A stretch of 64,000 nucleotides of DNA from Verrucomicrobiota bacterium (GTDB lineage Bacteria > Verrucomicrobiota > Verrucomicrobiia > Palsa-1439), in NCBI GenBank assembly GCA_003152315.1, contig PLZV01000022.1, forward strand, positions 65,671 through 129,670, read 5' to 3'. A program made the position numbers and the translations under genes. Shown piece after piece: positions 41,924-51,449 of the stretch (position 1 is its first letter; each line of letters starts with the position of its first letter). The notes beneath the pieces were generated by a model that made no database searches, had not been told where the DNA came from, and was given only the letters and a program-made list of their open reading frames with translations.

Positions 41924-42955
41924 CTAGCCTCGACTGGGCCTTTCTGCAAACGCACGCAGATGGTTACGGACGGAGGAAGGAAGAATCCGTCTCGCGATGC
42001 CACGGGAAGCTGTTTTCGCACGCTGGGCTCTTTTCGAGAATCGGAACAAATGTGGATGGCGGTAGGGCCACAGTTCTTCCTGCAGGGTCTTCCACACTTC
42101 CGTGCCAACCAATCCTGTGCTCCTGAGGTAACTTTCAAGCCAGACCAGATACTCACCACGCGCGGGGCTCGGGCCGTCGTAACTGAGTAAGCCTGTGCGG
42201 AGCGCCACCGCGCAGCTGCCATCGGGATGTTGGCGATACCAAGCCCAACATCCTTCCGCCACAAACACCGGGTAGCGGAGGAGAATCTTCTGGTTCAGCA
42301 CCAGGTCGTCGTACTGATCGCGGAAGGCATCCTCAAATCCGCCCACGGTCTCGACCGCGTCACGACGCAAGAGCATGCTGCACGGGCTTGGCAAGAAGGC
42401 TTCGCTGCGGATGAATTGGTTAGCCAGGGTAGGGGGACTGACCAAAGTATTTGGAGGCACACCAGTTTCTGCCAGGTAATCCCTGGATTGGTCTTCCGGT
42501 TTTCCCGACCAGCTAAACCACACGAGCGTCCGAGTGTACAACATGGCCGCTTCAGGATGCGCCTCCAGGGCCGGTACCTGATTGGCCAATTTACCCGGCA
42601 GCCAGACGTCATCAGCGTCCAGCAAGGCCACATATTCTCCACGCGCATGCCGCAAGCCAAGATTGCGCGCTGCGCTCTTACCGCGGTTCTCGTGACCGGG
42701 ATGCTCCAGGTAATGTATGCGATCCGGGGATTTTGCGGCGTAGTCGCGGGCGAACTGTGAACTACGGTCGGTCGAGCCGTCGTCCACCAGCCACAGTTCC
42801 CAGGTCGGGTAGGTCTGGGCCAGGACGCTTTCAACGGCTTCGGCAAGGAATTTCTCCGCGTTCAGAAAGATGATAATTGTCGAAACCAGCGCCTTGGTGA
42901 CGGGGCGATTGTGTTTTTCCGTGGCCATGGCCTGTTCTGGTGAATGATCGGACAT
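41924..42955 (-). CDS. Family 2 glycosyltransferase
   Basis: VSTIIIFLN, VDDGSTD, ARNLG and LDADD. ATG at 42955 (TGATG overlap). Confidence 0.88.
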   Translation of the reverse strand: MSDHSPEQAMATEKHNRPVTKALVSTIIIFLNAEKFLAEAVESVLAQTYPTWELWLVDDGSTDRSSQFARDYAAKSPDRIHYLEHPGHENRGKSAARNLGLRHARGEYVALLDADDVWLPGKLANQVPALEAHPEAAMLYTRTLVWFSWSGKPEDQSRDYLAETGVPPNTLVSPPTLANQFIRSEAFLPSPCSMLLRRDAVETVGGFEDAFRDQYDDLVLNQKILLRYPVFVAEGCWAWYRQHPDGSCAVALRTGLLSYDGPSPARGEYLVWLESYLRSTGLVGTEVWKTLQEELWPYRHPHLFRFSKRAQRAKTASRGIARRILPSSVRNHLRAFAERPSRG

Positions 42956-43641
42956 CAGCCTCGATGGTGGGGACGGAATTTCAGGTCGCCCACATACGTC
43001 ACTTTGAGGTTGTCGGGGGAACCGGGAACGAGGCGGACCTTGTGCCCCGCTCGTTTGACGACGGCCGCGGTGCCTTCTTCGTTCCAATTGTTGCGTGCCG
43101 CGAGGCGGTTCGCGTGAAGGAGGATTTCCCGTCGGTATGCGTGCGGAATCTGCAGTGCGACAACCGAACGGCGAGGCAGAATCATTTTCAGCCCCTGCTT
43201 TTCCAAAAGACCCAGGCTGTCCCGCACGGGGACTTCCGTGTACAAGGCCACCGCACCGTGGCGTTGCACCTCTGCCAGCAGCCTCTCGAATAACTCGGCG
43301 GTGACAAACGGTCTTGCGACTTCGTGGAGTAGTATAATCGGCTTCGTACAGCACCGCAGGAGGCGGGACAAGGTTTCCTGCCGGGTCGCACCGCCGGCGA
43401 CCACCTGTACGGTTTTCGGCACGAGCCGACGGGCTCGCGCCAGATCCTCGGGTCGTACCCCAACGATGATCTCGGTGGCGAAGGGCGTTACAAGCGCCAC
43501 GGCACGTTCGAGCAGCGTCCGGCCTTCAAGACGAAGAAACGCCTTGGGGCGTCGACCGATACGATCACCCGAGCCGGCGGCCAGGATCAGGACGCTGACG
43601 CAGTCGGGTTTCACTTGCGAAGCGCGATTTACAGTGACCAT
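42955..43641 (-). CDS. IspD/TarI-family cytidylyltransferase (probable CDP-polyol synthesis)
   Basis: LAAGSGDR...PKAF, GGATRQET, LHEVARP and NLKVT. Start uncertain (43641 or 43614). Confidence 0.8.
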   Translation of the reverse strand: MVTVNRASQVKPDCVSVLILAAGSGDRIGRRPKAFLRLEGRTLLERAVALVTPFATEIIVGVRPEDLARARRLVPKTVQVVAGGATRQETLSRLLRCCTKPIILLHEVARPFVTAELFERLLAEVQRHGAVALYTEVPVRDSLGLLEKQGLKMILPRRSVVALQIPHAYRREILLHANRLAARNNWNEEGTAAVVKRAGHKVRLVPGSPDNLKVTYVGDLKFRPHHRG

Positions 43642-44720
43642 AGCCGGGTTATTCCTTGTACGGCACGACGAGCCGCCCACTTGACCTTCCTCGCAGCGAG
43701 GCGCGCCGCAGGTACGCTGGCGAGATAAGACAGGTGATTCGAAGGTATGGTGGCCGCCAGCTTCTCCACGTTATGGCAAAGTCGCTCCACCGCCTTGCCA
43801 TCCGTCAGGTCGCCGAAAAGAAGTTTCCGATAATGCGCGCGGCGGTCAGATCCCCGCACGGGATCGGACAGGGCGGCGGCTACCGTTGCTGGCAATTCTT
43901 CCACGTTTTCAATTTGTCTTCCCATATCTCGCCAACTCCATTCGAAGCCGCGCGGATCGAAATACTCACAGCCGAACCGATCAGGATTGTTGATCAGGAT
44001 CATCGGCCGATCGAGGGCCAGGTAATAGAGTTGGACGCTGGAAGCGTCCGTGATGAGGGCGTCCGCGGCGCGGAGGTAGGGCATCACATCGTCGTTTGCG
44101 TTCGCAACCAGGTGAACGTCTTCGTGCTCGTGCGCGAGACGGCGCCAGGTCTCCATCCATTCCGGGCTCTGTTCGGCGATCAACGGATGCGGCTTGATGA
44201 TGATGGAGATGTCCTGTCGGGAACCGCGAATCAATTCGACCAGACGAGCGCCCAGCATACCCGCTGAAGAAAGAGGACGGTTGAATGTTGGTGCGTAGAG
44301 TACGGTCTTCTGTCCGGGTTTCCGGTCGAACGGCAAAGCCGGGCTGTCGCCGCGAAAGAGAGGATCCAGACCCACGTAGCCAATGACCCAGAAATCCTGG
44401 CGCGGCTTGGAGCCGCCCTGTTGGTACCAGTCCCGCATGAAATCACTTGTCACGCACAGGTAGTCGCATTCGTTGGCGCCCTGGTACGCCACCATCTTGC
44501 TGGCCAGTCCATGTCGCGTGTGAACGAAGATGGTCTTCGGCAGACGCGGTCGCAATTCCCCGAAGATGGCCTCGGCCATGATCGTCACGTGTGGCTGAAA
44601 ATCGAAAAGTGCCTCACGGTTCTCGGTATACAAACACCAATGCCTGCGGCTCAACATTTCGTGGATCGGTCGCAGGATAGCGTCGTGAAACTTATTGCAG
44701 GGAAGAAATGCAACGCGCAT
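43629..44720 (-). CDS. CDP-glycerol/ribitol phosphotransferase (TagB/TagF/TarL-like)
   Basis: TRHG, VLYAPTF, IKPHP and ADALITDASSV...LDRP. Confidence 0.85.
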   Translation of the reverse strand: MRVAFLPCNKFHDAILRPIHEMLSRRHWCLYTENREALFDFQPHVTIMAEAIFGELRPRLPKTIFVHTRHGLASKMVAYQGANECDYLCVTSDFMRDWYQQGGSKPRQDFWVIGYVGLDPLFRGDSPALPFDRKPGQKTVLYAPTFNRPLSSAGMLGARLVELIRGSRQDISIIIKPHPLIAEQSPEWMETWRRLAHEHEDVHLVANANDDVMPYLRAADALITDASSVQLYYLALDRPMILINNPDRFGCEYFDPRGFEWSWRDMGRQIENVEELPATVAAALSDPVRGSDRRAHYRKLLFGDLTDGKAVERLCHNVEKLAATIPSNHLSYLASVPAARLAARKVKWAARRAVQGITRLWSL

Positions 44721-44761
44721 ATCACTCTCGTCCAAACCGGGTGAGTGTACTGGCTCGCCTT

Positions 44762-44799
44762 GAAAATACTGCCGGCCGAAACTGCTCGGCCGAGGGCAG
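44762..44799 (-). terminator. Putative intrinsic terminator/attenuator just downstream of the NusG paralogue
   Basis: Minus strand: CTGCC-ctc-GGCCGA-gcagtt-TCGGCC-GGCAG followed by TATTTTC. Confidence 0.4.
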
Positions 44800-44839
44800 G
44801 CGCGACACTGGCAATCCCGCGAAGACGGTCCGGATGGGC

Positions 44840-45412
44840 CTAGGACGCGTCAACGAGTTGGGAACGGCTGACGATCAATCGGGCCTGGCAACCCAGGGTT
44901 GAAAGCAGAACGGCGACACGATCATGGTCGCTCATCTCTTGCAGCACGACCGCCTGCAAACCGCGCAACGGGCCGTCGGCGATCTCGACGAGATCGCCGG
45001 GGTGAAAGCCGGGGCGTACCGTCACGATATCGACCGCCTCGCCCGCCCATTGCTGGAGTTGCTCGATGATGGAATCATCGACCGGGGTGGGGTGGCCGCC
45101 AAAGCTGACGACCCCGACAACTTGCGGCGCGTATTGCACCGCTCGGAAATTCTGGGCCAGATTCAGACGGCAAAAGAAGTAGCGTGGGAACAGCGGGCCG
45201 ACAATCCAGCGCTTGACGCGGCGGATGGTTTTGAGGTGCTTGAGTCGCGGATAAAAGGTATCGAAGCCGAGTACTTCGCGACAATAGCGCTCGGCGCCGG
45301 CTTCCTTGCGCGGGCGCGTGTGGACGCAGAGCCAGCGCGTGACGTTGGGCAGGGGATCGACGGGGGTGGCGGCCCGTCGGGAACTGGGCTCGTTGTTCAC
45401 AGGATCAATCAT
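44840..45412 (-). CDS. NusG paralogue transcription antiterminator (RfaH/UpxY-like)
   Basis: NGN domain (W.CVHTRPRKE, PLFPRYFF, VVSFG..P..V) and KOW domain (GDLVEIADGPLRGL). Confidence 0.88.
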   Translation of the reverse strand: MIDPVNNEPSSRRAATPVDPLPNVTRWLCVHTRPRKEAGAERYCREVLGFDTFYPRLKHLKTIRRVKRWIVGPLFPRYFFCRLNLAQNFRAVQYAPQVVGVVSFGGHPTPVDDSIIEQLQQWAGEAVDIVTVRPGFHPGDLVEIADGPLRGLQAVVLQEMSDHDRVAVLLSTLGCQARLIVSRSQLVDAS

Positions 45413-45563
45413 TGCTCAAATGCCTGCCTTTGTACAGCCCGGGCATGCTGCCGCCATTCCGGTGCATTCTCCCCGCTCCAACGCGAATGCCGGCTGACTT
45501 CCTTCGCCCGTTTGTCGGTTGCCGCACATTGCGGCGCACCATCACTGCTCCACGGGAGGAGCG

Positions 45564-47687
45564 TTACGCGGCGCCATTACCTTTCCGCTTCTTGTGGTAG
45601 TAGGAGTACTTGTACGGATAGTAGTAATATCCGTGCAGTTCCTGGTCGATGTTGTTCATGACCACACCGACGAGCGGAGCGCCGCACTCGCGCAGTCGTT
45701 GCATTGTGCGCGCGACGATTTCACGACGAATTTTGCCAAAGCCAATGACATAAATAACACCTTGCACGTACGGCAACAGCACGAGCGGATCGCTGACTGC
45801 GGTGACCGGCGGGCTGTCAATGATGACGCGGTCGTACTGCTGGCACGCATCGGCGATCAATTCGCGGATGCGGTCGGACGCGAGCAATTCCGGCGCGTTG
45901 GGCGGTATGCTGCCAACGTGAAGTACGTCCAGATTAGGGACGTTCGTCGGTTGGACGACCTCTTGCAAGGTGACGTTGCTGGTCAGGTAAAGTGAGATTC
46001 CCTTGTCGGGGTCGGCCGGGAAGACGTGGTGTTGCACCGGGTTGTGCAAATCACAATCAATCAGCAGCGTACGTTGTTTATTGGTCGCGAACGCGATGGC
46101 GAGGTTGGCGGAAACAACGGACTTGCCTTCTCCGGGCGCCGTGCTGGTGACGAGCAGCGGCTTGGCCGAGTTTGCCTCCGGCTTCAAGCTGATGCTCGCA
46201 CGCAGGTTGCGGAAGGCCTCGGCGGAGATGGAATGCGGATCGGCCTGGAGCACGCGGCCATTCTGGGAAGCATCCTTGAGATCAATGTGCGGCACGCCGG
46301 TGAGCAGCGGTAACCCGAGCGAATCGACGTCCTCGTAGGTCTTGATCTTGTCATCGAACGTGTTGAGCAAATAGCTGGCGGCGAAGGCGGCGCAGACGCC
46401 GAGGAGCAGCCCGACCGCCAAGTTGCGACCTTTCTGCGGCTTGAATGGAGAGCCGGGAACCTGAACGGGATCAATGAGACGGATATTGTTGGATTGCAGC
46501 TTATCGGCGACGCCGGTTTCTTTTATACGGGTGAGGATGGAATCATAAAGCTGGCGGTCAGCCTCGGCATTGCGCTTGAGCATATTGTAATCCGGCTGCT
46601 TGCTATCCATCTCCATCGATTCCTGTTCCTGTTCATGGAGCGCTTTTTGCAGGATTTCCTCATTCGCCTTGGCCATCAAATACCCGGCTTGTAGGGCATT
46701 GATGGCATCGTTGCACGCACTGGTGAGCTTGCCAGAAATCTCGTTCAGTTCGGTTTGGATGGCGACCATCGACGGGTGCTGGTTGCGGTAACGCTCGCGG
46801 AGGACGGCGAGAGTAATCTGTTTGTCGTTCAATTGTTTGCGCAACTCGCTTACCTTCGAGTTGTTCATAATGACCGGGATCTCGGAGGCGCTGCGCCCGG
46901 CATCCAAAAGGGCTTTGACCCCGTTCCATTCAGCTTCAGCGCTGAGGCGCGCTTTTTGTGCCTGGGTCACCGAGTTGTTCAGATCCTTCAGCTTATCGAC
47001 CACGCTGTTCTGGCGTTCCTCGCCGGACTGCGTGCGCTGCCGGTATTCAGCCAAAGCGAATTCGGATTTCTTGACCTTGAGCTTATATTCATCCGCCTGT
47101 TCGCTGAGCATGCGAACGGCGTCGGTCGACGCCAGCATCTTTTTTTCGAGGTTCTGCTTGATGTATTGCTGGGCTACCCCGGTGGCAAGATCCGCGGCCA
47201 GTTTCGGATCGGGATGATCCACGTGAATGTCAATGATGGTGGTGTTACGTTCTGGCACAACGCTGAGACGTCCTTGGAGCGCCCCGGCGAGGTCACCCTG
47301 GGAGCCAGCGTAGGCGAGGAAGCTGGGATTCCTGTCCAGACGGAGCGTCTGGACGACCTGTTCGCACAGGGTGCGGCTCTGCATGATCTTGATCTGGGTG
47401 TTGAAGTATTGGTCGTCACGCGTATCGGTGCTCAATACGTCCTGGATATTCAGCACCTTCATCGTTTCCGATGCCACCTCCAGCGCAGCCGTCGCCCGGT
47501 AAATGGGGGTCTGGTGGTAGGTGTAGATGAGATTGATCGCCAGTACGGTCAGAAACGAAATGAGAGCCACCCATTTGTGTTCGAGGACAATCAGGAGATA
47601 ATGTCGCCAATGCAAACCGACCGTGGGGCGCCGCCCGCTGGGAGCGCGCTGCTGCCCGTTAGGGTTATAGGGAATGAGGGCTTGCAT
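45564..47687 (-). CDS. wzc: Wzc/GumC-type polysaccharide co-polymerase tyrosine autokinase
   Basis: Two TM segments flanking a coiled coil; EAFRNLR, Walker A PGEGKS, IDCDL, IIDSPP and a C-terminal Tyr cluster YYYYPYKYSYY. Confidence 0.92.
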   Translation of the reverse strand: MQALIPYNPNGQQRAPSGRRPTVGLHWRHYLLIVLEHKWVALISFLTVLAINLIYTYHQTPIYRATAALEVASETMKVLNIQDVLSTDTRDDQYFNTQIKIMQSRTLCEQVVQTLRLDRNPSFLAYAGSQGDLAGALQGRLSVVPERNTTIIDIHVDHPDPKLAADLATGVAQQYIKQNLEKKMLASTDAVRMLSEQADEYKLKVKKSEFALAEYRQRTQSGEERQNSVVDKLKDLNNSVTQAQKARLSAEAEWNGVKALLDAGRSASEIPVIMNNSKVSELRKQLNDKQITLAVLRERYRNQHPSMVAIQTELNEISGKLTSACNDAINALQAGYLMAKANEEILQKALHEQEQESMEMDSKQPDYNMLKRNAEADRQLYDSILTRIKETGVADKLQSNNIRLIDPVQVPGSPFKPQKGRNLAVGLLLGVCAAFAASYLLNTFDDKIKTYEDVDSLGLPLLTGVPHIDLKDASQNGRVLQADPHSISAEAFRNLRASISLKPEANSAKPLLVTSTAPGEGKSVVSANLAIAFATNKQRTLLIDCDLHNPVQHHVFPADPDKGISLYLTSNVTLQEVVQPTNVPNLDVLHVGSIPPNAPELLASDRIRELIADACQQYDRVIIDSPPVTAVSDPLVLLPYVQGVIYVIGFGKIRREIVARTMQRLRECGAPLVGVVMNNIDQELHGYYYYPYKYSYYHKKRKGNGAA

Positions 47688-47692
47688 GGGGG

Positions 47693-48412
47693 TTAAAAAA
47701 TGGTTTCGGGCACGGATACAACGTCATCGGGTTTCAGTCCAACATCCTTGCTCCGGTCTCCACCCTTGATGATGGCGGCGACGTTCACGACGATCTTTGT
47801 AACGCCGCCATTCTCGGTGCGGATGACGGTGATACGGTCGGTAGCCGCTACATCCGTGAATCCCCCCGCTCGCGCGATGGCCTGCACCACCGTGAGCCCT
47901 TCGTCGCCAATGTCGTAGGAACCGGGTGACTTTACCTGGCCGAGAATGACGAGGCGGCGGCTGTTGGGGTGATCCACGAGAACCGTGACCTGCGGGTTGA
48001 CGAGGTAGCTGCGTCCCAGCAAGTCCTTGAGTTTGGTTTCCGTCTCACCAACGGTCAGTCCGCCGACCTGGACGGAGCCAAGAAGCGGATACGTGATATA
48101 GCCTTGCGGCGAGACACGCCTTTGCACGGAAAGGTCAGCCTCGTTGAAGACGGAGACCTGAATCGTGTCCAACGGCTGGATGCGATAATCGTTTTGGACG
48201 GGCGAGGGTTTGTTGGCGGCCGGTTGGGCGTCATGCGGGATGCCCGCTGTGCCTAGCGGAAGTTGTGGCGCACCGGGGGTGACAGTGCGCACCTGTATCG
48301 TTGTCGGGCTGCAAGAGGTGAGTGCCAAGCAAAGCAATACACCCAGCGCCATGTCTGCGTGTGCGAGCGTAGCCTTTCGCGTCCTGTTCAAACTCTGTTC
48401 AGCCTTCGTCAT
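47693..48412 (-). CDS. Wza-like polysaccharide export lipoprotein (Poly_export plus SLBB)
   Basis: Lipobox-like LTSC, YRIQPLD, GYITYPLLG, GQVKSPG and AIARAGGFT. Start at 48412 or 48418. Confidence 0.85.
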   Translation of the reverse strand: MTKAEQSLNRTRKATLAHADMALGVLLCLALTSCSPTTIQVRTVTPGAPQLPLGTAGIPHDAQPAANKPSPVQNDYRIQPLDTIQVSVFNEADLSVQRRVSPQGYITYPLLGSVQVGGLTVGETETKLKDLLGRSYLVNPQVTVLVDHPNSRRLVILGQVKSPGSYDIGDEGLTVVQAIARAGGFTDVAATDRITVIRTENGGVTKIVVNVAAIIKGGDRSKDVGLKPDDVVSVPETIF

Positions 48413-48438
48413 ATGCATTTTTAGCAAACCTCTACCAG

Positions 48439-48480
48439 AAAAACTCGTCGATCTTCCAGCGCGGACTCGGCTGGTCGACG
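48439..48480 (-). terminator. Putative terminator-like hairpin in the wza-like leader
   Basis: Minus strand: CGTCGA-CCAGC-cgagtccgc-GCTGG-aaga-TCGACG then AGTTTTT, ending ~20-25 nt before the start codon. Confidence 0.35.
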
Positions 48481-48669
48481 GTCGTGGAACGATTTGTTCG
48501 TCTGGCCACCAATCTATCAAATGCCTCATCCGCCACTCGCACCTCAAGCGGCGTTCGCCCCGCTTGATTGTAGCGCAATTATGCTCGTTTTCAAAACTAC
48601 GTCAACCGCAAACCAGCCCGCGTGGGGGCAACTTCGGCGTATCACATTCTATTCAGAAGACTTATCATC

Positions 48670-48688
48670 AGCGCGCCGCGTGCCAAAA
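48670..48688 (-). promoter_or_regulatory. Possible sigma54 (-24/-12) promoter upstream of the wza-like gene
   Basis: TTTTGGCACGCGGCGCGCT has correct GG-N10-GC spacing and a perfect TGGCACG, but a non-consensus -12 flank. Confidence 0.3.
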
Positions 48689-48883
48689 GCCAGTCTTTCC
48701 CTCTTCCGAATGGGTCCTGCGGTGGCCAGAGCCGTAAGTGGGTTCAGGGACGCGGGTTACTGCGAAAAAACGTTTCCAGAGCGGGCTAACGCATGGTCTA
48801 CGAAATAGTTACGTCTGCCTGTTATTGTCCAAAGTTCTGGCCGAGGCGTTCAGTTTGACGACCCACCTTCTCAGCGCAAGCGA

Positions 48884-50035
48884 TCAGAAGTGCAAGAGCG
48901 CATCGACGCTAGCGAGGTCCTGCTCGAAGGAGATCGAAGTTGCGGTCGATGCGTTGTGCTGATAGCGATAGGATGCGCCAAACTCCAACCACTTCGTCGC
49001 GAAATACTTGGCGCCAACCCGGCCCTCCCAAATATTATCTATGCGGCTTACTCCTGAGTATTCATCGTGCTCGTAGGCGCCACCGGCATAGACTAGGAAC
49101 TTCTCCCGGTAAATCTTCTGATTGATCTGAAGATCCGCGCGCGTCGTGGTGACGGAAGTTGAAGCGTTGGTGATCGAGGGACTGATCTGTCGCGCGATCA
49201 CAAGATCCGCGAAGGTGTGTTTCGTAAAATCTCCATGTAACGAGACCGTGCTAACCACGGTGTCAATGCTGGGGCTGGAGCCGGAGAAATCACGATGTTC
49301 ATAGCCGACCCCGATATTGCCCGTGATTTTGCTGGTGACCTTCCCGCGCAGGCCGAGATTTACGGTTTCAAATTGCGCATTCTCGCCCTGCGAGACATCG
49401 GCCAACCCATAATCGAATTCCCCGAATACGTCCGTCTTGGGCGACACGTGGTAGTAGATGGCGACACCGGGTTCGAAGAGTTCATTATCAATCTGCCCCG
49501 GGGTCGGAAAATGATGGAATTCCTGGTGATACAGTGCGCCAAGCGAGAAATACTGGTTCACGCTGTACTCCGCGCTGGCGCTGGTCAGATTCTGCTGTTG
49601 TTCAACGCGCGCACCTGCCTCAAAGTCTTCCGAGGTTTCGTCTTTGAATGTGTGGTCGATCTTTAGTTTGACACGGCTGAACTGAAAAAGACCCTTAAGC
49701 ACCACGTCGTGATTGATGGCATTGAGGGTTGTCAGGCGGTAGAACTCTTCGATCCCCATTGTGTAATCGAGCGACAAGTAATTGTGGTCAAGGTTGCCGT
49801 ATTCCAACTGCAGTCCCGGGCTGACCGTGAAGTAAAAGTCGGCGAGCTGGTTTGCAGAGGAGATCAGCACGTTGTCGTCATAGCTCGACTGGAGGTCGAG
49901 GTGTGGATGAAATTTGATGGGCCAATCATCCATGAGGGCTGCGCGGCTACTACGGCCGGACCACAGCAGGGCGGCCAGCACGAGGACGGTCCAAACTGTT
50001 GCGAGCATTGAGAACCGGTATCGGATGTTATTCAT
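48884..50035 (-). CDS. Outer-membrane beta-barrel protein of EPS loci
   Basis: Signal peptide, SYDDNV, alternating beta strands and terminal Phe; first gene of the export block. Confidence 0.8.
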   Translation of the reverse strand: MNNIRYRFSMLATVWTVLVLAALLWSGRSSRAALMDDWPIKFHPHLDLQSSYDDNVLISSANQLADFYFTVSPGLQLEYGNLDHNYLSLDYTMGIEEFYRLTTLNAINHDVVLKGLFQFSRVKLKIDHTFKDETSEDFEAGARVEQQQNLTSASAEYSVNQYFSLGALYHQEFHHFPTPGQIDNELFEPGVAIYYHVSPKTDVFGEFDYGLADVSQGENAQFETVNLGLRGKVTSKITGNIGVGYEHRDFSGSSPSIDTVVSTVSLHGDFTKHTFADLVIARQISPSITNASTSVTTTRADLQINQKIYREKFLVYAGGAYEHDEYSGVSRIDNIWEGRVGAKYFATKWLEFGASYRYQHNASTATSISFEQDLASVDALLHF

Positions 50036-50437
50036 GGGTGAACCTTTCGCTGTTTCGTTCAAACATGCGGCGGAGTGTAGGGTCAACTACAGGTGCCGAC
50101 AAGTGTGAAATACGTATGCTGGCGTGCCGAGGCCCGCGCAAATCGCCACTATTCCCAGTGCATTCATTGTGGGATACGAAATCCTGCGCCTAATGGTTCA
50201 GCAGGGCCAATGCCGACGTGAGAAGGAGTATTGCCTGCCGGGAAGATGTCCTTCGGCGCGTGAAATACTCAGGAATGAAACCAATGATGATGCGTCGCAG
50301 GTACGAGGTTGTGCTGTACATAATTGTCATGGTGACATTTCTGTTCGGCAGGTGTCTACCGCTCACCAACCAGATGCCGGTGATCCAAACCGGAGCGCGG
50401 GCATCTGCGATGCGGGCGCCAGATAGTGCATTCGCTT

Positions 50438-51301
50438 CTACTTCTTCTGGGAATACTTCTTGAGAAGCAAGCCCAGTTTCTTGCGCGTGGCCGGCCGCAG
50501 GAGCCGGTTATGCGTCATAACTGCCGTCGCCAGCGCGTGACGGCAGGTGCAATCCGCCGTGGGGTCGAGTGCCGCCACGGCGCGACGGATAATCTCCTGC
50601 GCGGTCTTCGAGTTCTTCATCAGGTTGGCAACGACCATTTCCACCGTGACAGCCTCGTGGGCCTCGTGCCAGCAATCGTAGTCGGTTACCATCGCCAGCG
50701 TCGCGTAGCAAATCTCCGCTTCGCGCGCACACCGCGCCTCGCCGTAGTTCGTCATGCCAATGACATCCCATCCCATCTGGCGGTGGAACTGCGACTCGGC
50801 GCGCGTCGAAAACGCCGGTCCTTCCATGTTTACATAGGTGCCCCCCACGTGTACGGTCGCCCCCGCATCCTGGGCGCAGGCCGCGAGTGTCTGCTGGACC
50901 CGCCGACAGATTGGATCGGCAAACGAGATATGCGCCACAATGCCGCCGCCAAAGAAGGTGAATTCCTCGCTGCGCTTCGTGCGATCGAAGAACTGGTCGA
51001 TGACCACGATGTCTGTCGGCTGGTACTCTTCCTTTAAGGATCCGACCGCGCTAACGCTGACAATGTGGCTGACCCCCAGCTTCTTCATGCCATAGATATT
51101 TGCCCGATGATTCAATTCGCTGGGAAGAATCGTGTGACCTCGCCCGTGGCGGGGCAGAAACACAACCTCGCGCGCACCGATGCGCCCGCTAAGATACTGG
51201 TCGGATGGTTTGCCGAACGGCGTCGTTACCCGGCTCCAGCGCTTCCGCTCGATGCCTTCCATCTCGTAAAGTCCGCTGCCGCCAATGACACCGATTTTCA
51301 T
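50438..51301 (-). CDS. mtnP: S-methyl-5'-thioadenosine phosphorylase
   Basis: IGVIGGSGLY, TPFGKPS, LPRHG, SAVGSL, MEGPAFSTRAES, GMT and VTDYDCW. Confidence 0.95.
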   Translation of the reverse strand: MKIGVIGGSGLYEMEGIERKRWSRVTTPFGKPSDQYLSGRIGAREVVFLPRHGRGHTILPSELNHRANIYGMKKLGVSHIVSVSAVGSLKEEYQPTDIVVIDQFFDRTKRSEEFTFFGGGIVAHISFADPICRRVQQTLAACAQDAGATVHVGGTYVNMEGPAFSTRAESQFHRQMGWDVIGMTNYGEARCAREAEICYATLAMVTDYDCWHEAHEAVTVEMVVANLMKNSKTAQEIIRRAVAALDPTADCTCRHALATAVMTHNRLLRPATRKKLGLLLKKYSQKK

Positions 51302-51423
51302 GGACCCACCCGTTTGTTAATGAGAATTCCCGCTCGCATTGCTTCCGGATACGGAATTTGGAGACGAAGGGCAAGACGATTCATATCTGGGAGGTTCTGC
51401 CGCCGGCAGAACACCTCGCAGGC

Positions 51424-51449
51424 AAAAGGCCCTCGGGATGGGGAGGGCC
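51424..51449 (-). terminator. Rho-independent terminator candidate after the pilin-like gene
   Basis: Minus strand: GGCCCTC-cccatccc-GAGGGCC-TTTT. Confidence 0.55.

Noticed and set aside
41924..43354. Long N-terminal extensions in the ORF track (also 18440-19573, 19312-20673, 30565-31746, 31449-32612, 34329-35087, 56587-58017)
   Set aside because: The extensions overlap neighbouring genes and are low-complexity Arg/Pro/Ala text. Internal starts with stop/start overlaps or an RBS fit better, so these are not real fusions.
42955..43641. Calling this gene ispD of the MEP pathway
   Set aside because: There is no ispF, the HD motif is altered, and it overlaps a TagB/F-like gene; a TarI-like role is more plausible.
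50356..50363. ops-like AGCGGTAG (minus strand) ~320 bp upstream of the OM barrel gene
   Set aside because: Only 7 of 8 core bases match, the downstream TG is missing and there is no JUMPstart context; compatible with chance.
50218..50463. Small plus-strand ORF with a hydrophobic stretch
   Set aside because: Overlaps the mtnP 3' end in antisense, sits in the probable promoter region of the locus, and has no other support.
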